DNA of 26,341 bases, from the NCBI RefSeq assembly GCF_006345805.1, contig NW_021834770.1, positions 1 to 26,341 of the forward strand, written 5' to 3'. Positions within the stretch are counted from its first letter, which is position 1. Every line of letters begins with the position of its first letter. The translations under genes were made by a program, and so were the position numbers. Shown here one piece after another: positions 9,991 through 20,769 of the stretch. Origin of the DNA: Octopus sinensis. Taxonomy: Eukaryota. The notes under the pieces are model-generated. The model searched no databases and was not told where the DNA came from. It saw only the letters and a program-made list of their open reading frames with translations.

Positions 9991-10286
9991 GCGCTGGCAA
10001 TCAAGGATCCTCGACCATTTCTATACAGAGCCACGGACCTCTATCCATTCCTATACATTCTTCTTCATTTCTATACAGAGCCTATCACGTAATAGGGTCG
10101 GGTTTCCTTTAGCCGGTTCTCTCTGTCTCCGTCTCTTTCTCTCTCTCCCACACACACATTAATTCACGCTCCCTTTGTCTCTGTCTATTTCTCTCTCTCT
10201 CTTCCTTTTTCTCCCTTCGGCTTCTTTTCCCTCTCCACTTCCCAGTTGTCATTAATTATTCAAGACTGTCTTATATAGACATCCGT

Positions 10287-10661
10287 GGAGGCGCAATGGC
10301 CCAGTGGTTAGAGCAGCGGACTCGCGGTCGTAGGATCGCGGTTTCGATTCCCAGATTGGGAGTTGTATTTATTGAGCGAAAACACCTGAAGTTCCACGAG
10401 GCTCCGGCAGGGAGTGGTGGCGAACCCTGTCGTACTCTTTCACCACAACTTTCTCTCACTCTTTCTTCCTGTTTCTGTTGTACCTGTATTTCGAAGGGCC
10501 AGCCTTGTCACACTCTGTGTCACGCTGAATCTCCCCGAGAATTACGTTATGGGTACACGTGTCTGTGGAGTGCTCAACCACTTACACGTTATTTTCACGA
10601 GCAGGCTGTTCCGTTGATTGAATCAAATGTAACTCACGTCGTCGCAACCGACGGAGTGCCA
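10287..10661 (+). mobile_element. Well-preserved tRNA-derived SINE
   Basis: GGAGGCGCAA head, A box TGGCCCAGTGG (10297-10307), B-box-like GGTTTCGATTCCC (10340-10352), ~310-nt non-tRNA body; resembles octopus tRNA-derived SINEs (from memory). Confidence 0.85.
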
Positions 10662-11262
10662 TGATATTGATATTCACTGAACTTTGCTTCATCTTTATAT
10701 ATCCAAGATTTCTAAGGGTGCCTACGGTGTCTGTTACTCTATACACAGTTTGTTCGTTTGATAAAGGATATCTCACATGATGAACGATTTCTTATATGAT
10801 ATCCACTGAACATGTTTCCCACCTAAATTGTCAAGAATCATTTTCGTGGTTTGTGTGAGTCTAAGGACTTCTGTATTTCTTAATCCGTACACGCTATTTT
10901 ATATGATATGCGATATCTCATATGATATCCAATAAACTTTATCTGTTTCCTTTTGATGTTGTTATGTTCTTTTGGTAGTTTCTGTTCGTCTAAGCATTTC
11001 AGCACTTTTCATTCTAAATATATCACATATCACATGCGATAACTCATATCACAATATCTCACATTAAAAACGATGTCACATACGGTATCTCGTATGATAT
11101 CCACCGAACTACATAAGTTTCCTCATTTTCATAAGCATTCTGTTATTTCTGTTTGTCTAAAGACTTCGACATTTGTCCACTCTGTATACGATATCTCATT
11201 TCTCTCTTCACAAACAGTATCCCACTTGTCTTTCCATATACGGTAACTCATATCTTACAATA
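10662..11262. repeat. Degenerate tandem array, ~125-175-bp units marked by TATGATATCCA.TGAAC and GATATCTCA
   Basis: Marker motif recurs near 10662, 10794, 10920 and 11092; related blocks resume at 12821-12936 and 13883-14060. Confidence 0.6.
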
Positions 11263-11483
11263 TATGTATATATAAATGAAGAAGAAGAAAATTGAGATAG
11301 CGAAGTTAATAAGAGTTTATTATCAACAACAAATCGATCGTTATCCTTTACAGCTGTTTCAGTTATACACAGTGAATTAATTAAATATTAAGTTTATATT
11401 TTTGAGCACTCCTCCCCAAAATTGAACCAGTATTTCCTTGGATGACACCATCTCTTCATGAGGCTAACATAACATCTAATTGA

Positions 11484-11487
11484 ATTT

Positions 11488-11558
<71 letters not shown>
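11484..11558. repeat. (TG)n(TA)n microsatellite
   Basis: Seen directly. Confidence 0.95.
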
Positions 11559-11559
<1 letters not shown>

Positions 11560-11599
11560 CTAGCATTATGACCCGGCGTTGCTGGGTCATAGTGCTAGT
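11559..11599. repeat. 41-bp palindrome/hairpin, probable Helitron-like element terminus
   Basis: ACTAGCATTATGACCCGG-CGTTG-CTGGGTCATAGTGCTAGT: 18-bp stem with 16 Watson-Crick and 2 G-T pairs. Confidence 0.7.
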
Positions 11600-11731
11600 T
11601 TGGTATAAATTTGTTAAATTAAAAATTTGGGGTAGTAAAACATACAATGACATATTAAAAAGACGAATTAAAATTCCAGAGAAAAATACATAGAAGATAA
11701 ATATACAAATTCACAAAAATACATAAAAGTT

Positions 11732-11813
11732 CATCTACGGGCTGTTTCGGAGATGTGCCAATTAATATGAAACATATCATATATTTAAAATTGACACTCC
11801 CCTCATCAGGATG
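11732..11813 (-). ncRNA. Type I hammerhead ribozyme, canonical core
   Basis: Minus strand: CAUC-CUGAUGA-GGGGAGUGUCAAUU...AAUUGGCACAUCUCC-GAAAC-AGCCC-GUA-GAUG. All conserved core nucleotides and stems I-III are present; predicted cleavage between 11736 and 11735. Confidence 0.85.
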
Positions 11814-12536
11814 TTTTTTACACACAACACATAGTACACGGAAACAAATGCACAATTACATACCGGCTACATGTGAAAGACCAGACATTACGTACTCCCC
11901 AAAATTCTCATAGATACTGAATGCTACTTTATAAGCATATAATTCAATCTAGCAGCTATAGTAAATGGTATGCGCACAGCTCCATCTGGACTAATTCACT
12001 TCTGCACTCAATTAAAATTTTAATCTTTTAATTTCTCCCATTCATGCAAAGCCACATATTCGAGTTCAAGTCCTTGATACATTTTATACTAATTGCTATT
12101 TTTTATTTTAATTGTTATATTACGATTTAATTACCATACTTTAGTTTTATTTTAATTACTACGTACTATATTTACTATATTTAATTCAATTGTTATTATT
12201 ACCTCTAACTTTTATTGCAATTTTTATTTCTAAATTTCTTATGGAACGTCAAGTGGATCTTATGCGTACAATATATTTTTATGTGATGTTTATATATTAC
12301 TATATATTTCTAAACGTCAGGCTTTATGTCTGTTCTGTAGATATAAATGAATATATGAATATATGTACGTGTTTGATCTTTCTGTGGATTTTGTAGTGCT
12401 CTCGTAGTTGCTGCTCGCATTGCCTCCCCTCGGATTAAAAAGTGTATACAGCTCATTTGAGCACTACTATTGCAGTCTGTTATATATTTTGAGCGTTGTT
12501 GTCACTAACGATCTCAAGATATAACTTTATATTTTG

Positions 12537-12576
<40 letters not shown>

Positions 12577-12589
12577 TCATATACATACA

Positions 12590-12820
12590 ATAGAGAGATG
12601 TTCTTGTTTCACTTTTAACACGTAATACTGAAATAGTGGAGAAAATTTGATATTGCTGTGGGCTCGCCCTAGGCAAGAAGTTGAATATTTTTTGTCCATG
12701 AAACTACATGGACCCTAAGTAAGGCATGGGTAAAATTTGAATGAAATTGGTTGTGTAGTTCTCAAGTTTTAGGGAAACACACAGACAGACAGACACATTC
12801 TCAGTTTTATATATATATAT
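12590..12820 (+). mobile_element. 3' end of a non-autonomous Helitron/Lep1-like element
   Basis: AAATTTGAATGAAATTGGTTGTGTAGTTCTCAAGTT, then a (GACA)n microsatellite, then TTCTCAGTTTTATATATA, as in Lep1/DINE-type elements (family resemblance from memory). Confidence 0.5.
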
Positions 12821-12936
12821 ATACGGTATCTCATTTCCTTACATACGATATGTCATTTCTCACTCCGTATAAGGTATCTCATATGGTATCCAATAAAATT
12901 AATTTGTTTCCTACTTCTTTTGTTAAGCGTTTGCAT

Positions 12937-13882
12937 CAGTGATTCTTATTCTCAACCTGGGTCCATATGATCCCTAGGGGAACCATATAAATCGGGGGTG
13001 GGGCGGGCTACGCAAGCAAAATAATAAATTAGCGTCCGATAATAGCATTTGAAGGGTCCACGAAAATGTTAGCGTTACAATGGAAAAAAACAACTCGGTT
13101 TCTTTTTCTAACGCTTTCCAACTCCTGAAACAAGTGAACATCGAGTGGCCTGTATCCAGGTAAAAAAAAGTCACAGAAATAAAAGTCACATCTAATGTTA
13201 TCATATATGAATAGTGCTGTCAATATGTACAAGTCATGTATTGCCAGTTAATAACTGATTTAAAATATTTTTGTTTAATCACATAAATTTTCTGTTTTAT
13301 CCCTTTATTACCGGCCACCATAAATTAATTGTGACTTTTTTTCTATGACTTCCTTCCTGTGACTTTATTACCGACTACCATATTTTAATCGTGACATTTT
13401 TCGTAGCCAAAATTGTGACTTTATTACCGGCCGCCATAAATTAATTGTGACTTTTTTTCCTGTGACTTTTTTCCTAGCCAAAATTGTGACTTTTTTCGGT
13501 GACATTTTTCCTGTGACTTTCGTCACAGGAAAAGTTACAATTAAAATATGGTGGCTGATAATAAAGTCACAGTTACCGGCCACCATATTTTAATCGTAAC
13601 TTTTTTCCTAGCCAAAATTGTGACTTTATTACCGGCCGCCATAAATTAATTGTGACTTTTTTCGGTGAAATTTGTCCTGTGACTTTCGTCACAGGAAAAG
13701 TTACAATTAAAATATGATGGCTGATAATAAAGTCACAGTTACCGGCCACCATATTTTAATTGTGACTTTTTTCCTGTGACTTTTTCCTGTGACTATTACC
13801 GGCCATGGAGTGGCTATGGGGTCCCCAAGAGTAATTTGGAAATGAAAGGGACCCATAGATAAAAAATAATTGAAACCCACTA
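12937..13882. mobile_element. hAT (Charlie-like) MITE interrupted by a nested insertion
   Basis: Left CAGTGATTCT(TATTCT)CAACCTGGGTCCATATG; right GGGACCCATAGATAAAAAATAATTGAAACCCACTA; GGGTCC motifs; weak 8-bp flanks GTTTGCAT/GTTGACGT (5/8). Confidence 0.5.
13156..13803. repeat. Foldback-like array of GTGACTTT/AAAGTCAC modules with 166-bp direct repeats and perfect hairpins
   Basis: More than 20 GTGAC(T) modules; TTTTCCTGTGAC-TTTC-GTCACAGGAAAA (13506-13533) repeated 166 bp downstream; ends CCAGGTAAAAAAAAGTCACAG and CTGTGACTATTACCGG are inverted. Confidence 0.75.
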
Positions 13883-14544
13883 GTTGACGTAGTTCCAGTT
13901 TTTGCAAGAATGTCAGCTTTTGTGAATCTATATACGCTATTTTATATAACATACAATAAACTCAGTCTGATTCTTATGTTGTTAAGGAGTTTCCCGGTTT
14001 CTATTAACGCAACGACGTCGTTATTTTTCACGCTATCTTCATACGGTATTTTCAGAGTTTATCTAAAGTGCAACATCTGAACAACATTAGTAAAGAATTG
14101 TACTTGTTGGTTGAATTCCCAGACCGCACTAAAATCAAAAAACAATCTACTATGTAGAATAGACGATAAACATGAGCAATTGCGAAGAACTTGGGATCAG
14201 GAAATGAGACTAACGTTTTCTTTTATGTATATGCCATCGCAACGTTTTGGATCATAGGAAAGTCTTATTACAGAGTCGAAAGATAAGAACGTGTAAAAGA
14301 CGGAATTGATAGAAATGGTCTGAATAGTCTGCAGGAATTATTAAGCTGACAGTAATTTGGAAGGTCATTAATAACAGAATGCATGCAACGGTTAATGTTG
14401 AATGGCAAATAGGAAGAAAATGTGATGCAGCTGAAGGCAAATTGATAAGATTTGTTGGACTTGAATTAAGTGAAATGTAAGAAGTAATAAATTACGGAAA
14501 TAAACCGTGTTGTTTGGTTAGTACTGACATGTTGTTTCTATGGA

Positions 14545-15154
14545 AACACACACACATAAACACACACATACATAAAAACATACATATACATAAACACATA
14601 CATACACACATGCATAAATTCACATACACATAAACACACACACAAACACACACACATACATAAACGCATACACCAACATCAACAAATTTTATATGTGCAT
14701 ATGGGGATAGTTCGTAGATCTATGTATATATGTATATGCGTGTTGTGTGTATGTGTGTATGTATATATATATATATACACACACACATGAAGAGGAATAA
14801 GTAGGTTAAAAAGTATAACAGTTAAATGTACTTATGTGTATGTGGCTGCGAGTATATATATATGTATATATACATACACACACACACACAGACATAAACA
14901 TACACAAACACGGTTACACACACACACACACACGCACGCACGCACACATATTTGCACTGGCACTGCGGACATATATTTTCTATGACACATGTTTATATAT
15001 ATGTATGTATATATACGTTTGTGTAGGTCTGGATTTCTATACATGGTTTTGTACGTATGAGATAAGTTGGCCAACATATATGAGAGAGAGAGAAAGAGAG
15101 TCAATGTGAACAAAAGACAGAGATACGGATAGAGAGAGGGAGGGATATATACGG

Positions 15155-15199
<45 letters not shown>

Positions 15200-15310
15200 A
15201 GGCATGTGCGTGTCCGTATGGCCGTATTTACAAGATGGACGTTATTTCGACGTTGTAACAAATTATAACAAAGTTCTAAATAGGATGACATACGCGCACA
15301 CACACACATA
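14545..15310. repeat. Compound (CA)n/(TG)n/(TA)n/(GA)n low-complexity region
   Basis: Seen directly. Confidence 0.85.
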
Positions 15311-15609
15311 CTTGCGTGTCTTTCCGCAATCTGACAAGTGCTTAACGCTGCTTTCGCGGGAAGCAGGTCTACAGAAGTATTTACGTCAGTTTTAATGTCT
15401 CCCAGTGTCAATAAGTGCAAACTTTTAAAAAGTCACAAGGTGCGACTTTTTTTTTTGTTTTTGTTCTCCTCGGATCGTCAAGTGCAGACAGTAAAGGGTT
15501 TACACAACGCTTTCGTTTGAAATAAACTTCTTATAATAAACGATGACACACAGAGGCGTACGGAAATGTCTATGCGAGGAGCTTGCTTATAGCCGTAGCG
15601 TACGTAGAT

Positions 15610-16011
15610 ACACTTGCAATATGTCGGTGTGTGTGTGTGTGTGTGTGTGTCTGCATGTTTTTTTCTTTCTTTCTATGTCGGTATGTGTGTGTGTGTGTGT
15701 GCATGTTTATTTCTACCTCAGTATGTGTACGTGTATGTAGAGGTGAATCGGCGTTCATTTGTTTTTTGGGCGTGCATATGAACGTCTATGTTCATGTGTG
15801 TGTGTGTGTGTGTGTGTGTATATGCAAGTGTGTGTGTGTGCGTGTCAGTTTGCAGGTGTTTGAATATAAGTGCGCATTTCTGTGTGTGTGCGTGTGCATG
15901 TATATGTCAATGTTTCTATGCGTACATATGCACGTCCATCCCTGCTCCTATGTGTGCGTCTGTATGCGTGGGTGTATGTATATACATATATATATATACT
16001 ATGTGTGTGTG
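15610..16011. repeat. TG-rich low-complexity tract
   Basis: Multiple (TG)n runs ending exactly at the SINE 3' half at 16012. Confidence 0.85.
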
Positions 16012-16215
16012 TAGTTGTCCCCCCCAACTTCGCTTGACAACCGATGCTAGTTTGTTTAGGTTCCCGTAACTTAGTGGTTCGGTAAAAAAAAACGATAAAA
16101 TAAGTAATAGGCTAACAAAGAATAAGTCCTGGAGTCGATTTGTTCGACTAAAGGCGGTGCCCCAGCATGGCCGCAGTCAAATGACTGAAGCACAGAATAA
16201 AAGAGTAAAAGAATA
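16012..16215 (+). mobile_element. 3' half of microsatellite-containing SINE family (same as 19388-19754)
   Basis: TTGTCCCCCCCAAC...ACAACCGATGCTAG...CAAAGAATAAGTC...CGACTAAAGGCGGTGCCCCAGCATGGCC aligns to 19610-19754; ends in an A-rich tail. Confidence 0.85.
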
Positions 16216-16225
16216 TATATATATG

Positions 16226-16257
<32 letters not shown>

Positions 16258-16259
<2 letters not shown>

Positions 16260-17185
16260 AAATCTTGACCATCTGCATAAAGAAGACGGAAGTGATCCAC
16301 CCACCTTACCTTACTCCGAAGCAATTTCTAGGCGTCAAGCAGAGGCCACCGGTTCACAATTTCCCTGACACTCCTGTACAGACTGAGGGTGAAAACCTAA
16401 AGTACGAGAAGTCATTTACATATCTTGGTAGTAAAGTGGACACGAGTACTTCTTTTAATGACGAAATCGCTTATCGTCTTGCATAAGCAACCGACACATT
16501 TGGTAAACCCTGTAATCGCCTGTACACGTCTATAAAGCTGCCATTCCTGCTCCTCTTTTGTATGGTTTGGAATCATGGACAACCTATAGGTGGCACATAG
16601 ACCAACCAAACGTCTTCCACAAAGGTTGTCTCTGGACAATCTGCGGTTATTCACTAAGAGATAGAATGTTTAATATTGACCTGTTTAGCAAATGTTAGAT
16701 TGGTGTAACCGAGATCTTTTTTACGCAGTCGCATCGCGCTAAACTGGCCATATCGTCAGAATGAGTGACGAAAGAATACCCAAAGTCCTCATGAAGAACC
16801 AGCTTGATAATGGGCACAACAATGTTGGTCGACTTTGGATCAGATATAAGGACAAGCTGAAAAGTAACTTCTCAGCAGTCAATATAGCTCACAACACCTT
16901 TGGGCAAACAGCCTTGGAGCGAACAAGATGAAGACTATCGTGTCCAGATCGTATGAGAGGTTTTGTTTCAACCAGCATTAACATGCTCAGAATGCTAGGC
17001 AAGGGAAACAAAAGCGGCTGCCAGAGCCATAATCCTCATACTTGCAACATACACAGACTTTTGGCAAATCGTTGGCGGGACTCAAATGCCATATTCGACT
17101 TAGACATTATGACTAAGATTGAAAGTGTAGATGTCGGATGCCACATACGTCGAAACCGACGGGACAGTCCATCATATTATCCTTA
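16258..17185 (+). mobile_element. 5'-truncated, degraded RTE (BovB-like) LINE
   Basis: LTICIKKTEVIHPP, FTYLGS, DEIAYRLA*A...FGK, LLYGLESWTTY, HIVRMSDERIPK, RYKDKLK, C-terminal GKSLAGLKCHIRLRH; 3' tail CGTCGAAACCGACGGGACAGTCC; stops and frameshifts. Confidence 0.88.
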
Positions 17186-18034
17186 AACAAGAATATTATT
17201 GACTGGGACTTCTAAGTTTCGCCCAGTTAAGCCATCGTCGGCAGTCCGACAATAGCTTAACATATATATATAAATGTATTTGTGTGTGTGTGTGTGTGTG
17301 TGTGTAGCACATACTGTTGTCGTTGTTATTTAACCTAGCAAGACGTTTCTCGTTGATCTCCGAAGAAGTGGATTCTTGCTTCATTCTTATTGAATAGAAG
17401 TTCGTGTTTTTACTGATTTCTCCGTCGGGAATCCTTATTTCCAAGACACAGGGGCGCCCTCCTTAAATAGTTTGAGACCCGCCTGTCCTTCCTTAAATCG
17501 GTTTAATCGACTTTAGCCATTTCAAGAGATATATTTTTACATCAGTAAGTTCCATTAGTACAGAGTTTAGAAGAGAAAGGTGCATATTTAATTGAATTGA
17601 CCACAGCATATGACTGGTACTCTTGTCCTTTGCTATCCCGGAAACATAAAAGATTACCTTCTCCAGCAAACAAGAACTCCAGCTGGGCCTCACTTTCAAG
17701 TCGATTCACACCTTTAGCACTTGCTACACGAAAATAAATTAATACAAACAAAAAATCTGGACAAAATAAATATCAAGGTAATAAAAATAATTTAATTAAT
17801 TAATTTGTAAATTAATTAGTGAGAACATTGAAAGAAATAAAAGATTTATAGAAATAGAAATGAAAAATGAATATTTCAAGAAAGAATTAAATTCCTGTCG
17901 GTTCATTTGGTTAATTGGTAACGAGCATCGCGTTACGGAAGCTGAAGGTGCCTCGCATAGCGTTCTACACACTCAGACCCACACGCGCGCACACACATAG
18001 GTTGTTCTTTTTTTTTACATGCAGTCATAAGAAG

Positions 18035-18263
18035 TGATAATAGACACACCCACTACACATGTGCAAAGATTGTGGTCGACAGACCTACCACACATACATA
18101 GACTTTAGTGGACACATTTCACACATACAGGCTATAATATAGAAACCCACCACACATATACACACACCACTCACACAGTCTATTGTAAACACACCCACCA
18201 CAGTTACACACAGACTCTGCAACAGATACACCCACACAATACACACACATAAAGAATATTCTG

Positions 18264-18294
<31 letters not shown>

Positions 18295-19365
18295 CACCCC
18301 CTCAGAGTTTACAATAGATACGTCCACAACACAAAATGTACACATAAGTTTCTGGAGACACCGCCTCCACACATACAGACTTCTGAAGATACGCCCAGAA
18401 ACTCACATATAACATTGGCATTAACAACATACACCTACACGCTCACACTTTCATAGACACACCCACCACACTCACACGCAGAGACGCGTATCCACCATAC
18501 ACACATCAGAGGAGACACCCACTCCAGCCATACAAATAGCACTATGCATTACCATCATAAGCAGAAAAAAGATCGGTAGGTACGCCCAACACATAGACAT
18601 ACATCAGAAGATACACCCATCAAACGCACTCATTCACATACGCACATACAGATATCAACAGACCCACCTAACACACAAACATATTTCAGTAGACATACCG
18701 ATCACACGCACATAGATTTCTTTAGACTCGCCCTTATACAGGGACATTCGTAGACACACCTATCCATAAATATTAATGGACATTCCCACATACGTATGTT
18801 AGTAAAGGCGCCCCCCCCACACACACACACACATACATACTGACACACTTCAATAAGCACATCATACGCACACAGCCTTCAATAGACAAACACTCCACAC
18901 ACACACACACACATATATACATACATACATACATACGCAGCAACATCCCTATCCTTCCATCACACACACACACGTCACCTTATGTAATTCTACACGATAC
19001 AGGTGTCTACTTGCTAAAATCACAGAGATTTCAATAGACACCGCAAACGCAGACTTTAACAAGCAGTCCACCACACACATACAAACAAACACACACGTAT
19101 ATACACGTATATACACACATGTAGACGGACGTGAGCAGATACGTCCACCATATTGAGCGACAACAGTACATATGCTAGCAACATATAAATACACACATAC
19201 ATTTTAATAGACACCATACATACATACATCGACTTCAACAGGCAGTCCACCACATACACATGCACACATGCATCCACACGCACTCACAAAGCCACACACA
19301 CACACACACAACATACACATACATACTCAAAGAAGCAGGCTTTGCAGACACATCCACCATACCCG
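18035..19365 (+). repeat. Cryptic CA-rich minisatellite (motif about GACTTCAATAGACACACCCACCACACATACAC)
   Basis: (A/T)AGA(C/T)AC(A/G)(C/T)CCAC recurs about every 35-60 bp; similar sequence resumes at 19755-19960. Confidence 0.65.
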
Positions 19366-19387
19366 TGCGGAACAACATATATATACC

Positions 19388-19540
19388 GTGCCTGTGTAGT
19401 AAGTAGCTCGCTTACCAACCACATGGCTCTGGGTTCAGTAACCACTGCGTGGCAACTTGGGCAGTTGTCTTCTACTAAAATCTCGGGCCGACTAAAGCCT
19501 TGTGAGTGGATTTGGTAGACGGAAACTGAATGAAGCTCGT

Positions 19541-19589
<49 letters not shown>

Positions 19590-19754
19590 GTTTCTGTGTC
19601 TGTGTTTGTACCCCCAACATCCCTTTACAACCGATGCTAGTGTGTTTACGTCCCCGTAACCTAGCGGTTCGACAAAGAGACCGATAGAATAAGTACTAGG
19701 CCTACAAAGAATAAGTCTTAGGATCAATTTGCTCGACTAAAGGCGGTGCTCCAG
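19388..19754 (+). mobile_element. tRNA-derived SINE with internal (TA)n microsatellite, 3' tail missing
   Basis: Head GTGCCTGTGTAGTAAGTAGC, B-box-like GGGTTCAGT, central CTTGGGCAGTTGTCTTCTACT...GCCTTGTGAGTGGATTTGGTAGACGGAAACTGAA, (TA)n 19543-19587, ends at GGCGGTGCTCCAG. Confidence 0.85.
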
Positions 19755-20276
19755 AAAAGGACTTCAGTACACACATCCAGACCACAGGACAACAGTGGGT
19801 ATACACTTGCACCCTAATGCGCACACCGCTAAAATACACTCCACTACGACATGTAACTGAGCCAAATATCTTCCCAGAAAAACCCAAACAGACACTTCAC
19901 AGAACATCTCCCACCCATATTAGGCAACATTTCATCAGACACTTTCCCCACCACTAACAACTAAAGTAAAAATTACCTTTATGTGAATAGGGACCTCGAA
20001 AGCATCGTCCGGAGTGGACCCAACAATCAAATTTTATTTACGACAAAATAAATCACTTATATCAAGAAAACGCATGAACACTCGCCATTGAATAAAATTA
20101 TGTCAGATTATATTTATCAATAAATGTAATCGATATATTACTAATAACATTTGCAAACTAAAGCGAAGTCACTCTATCAAAAATGGAAGCTTTTAGAATA
20201 ATAACCAAGAAGCGCATTAAATAAACATCCACATTCATATATATACTTACACATATTCATATACGTATAAATATTC

Positions 20277-20345
<69 letters not shown>

Positions 20346-20769
20346 TTTATCATTTTCGTTCTTTGCCCCTGAAAATAATTAATCATATATTTGGAAATTA
20401 TACATTTGGAAATAATAAATCATACATTTTATTTGCATAATTATATAAATAATTATGTTGCCTCTCATTGAAACAGACGTAGAAGACAGTTGAATTATGA
20501 AATATTTGTGAGATTTACGCTTCTCTGCTTTTCATTAGGTGCAGAGTATTGGGAAAACTGCATCTCAAAGATGAGGCTTCGACTTCAAAGGAATGAATTA
20601 TTTCAACTTTGATCAGGTGATCACCTCCGATGAGACATAAGAGCGAGTCAAACAAGAGTATTGCACACACATACGCATGCACGCATATAACATAGAGACA
20701 CAAGCGCGACTGAGACAGTGCTAGTGTTACACACACACAAAGACAAGCACATGACCTCAGGAGGTTTTG

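Noticed and set aside
10287-10360. tRNA gene
   Set aside because: A/B boxes are present but there is no closing acceptor stem, and a long SINE body follows; the same applies to 8862, 19388 and 24533.
10296-10664. 122-aa ORF
   Set aside because: Lies entirely within a SINE.
12988-13010. TATA box plus GC box promoter
   Set aside because: Wrong order and spacing, and located inside a MITE.
20539-20616. Candidate exon (polypyrimidine-AG ... CAG|GT)
   Set aside because: Stop codons in all three frames; cannot exclude a terminal or non-coding exon.
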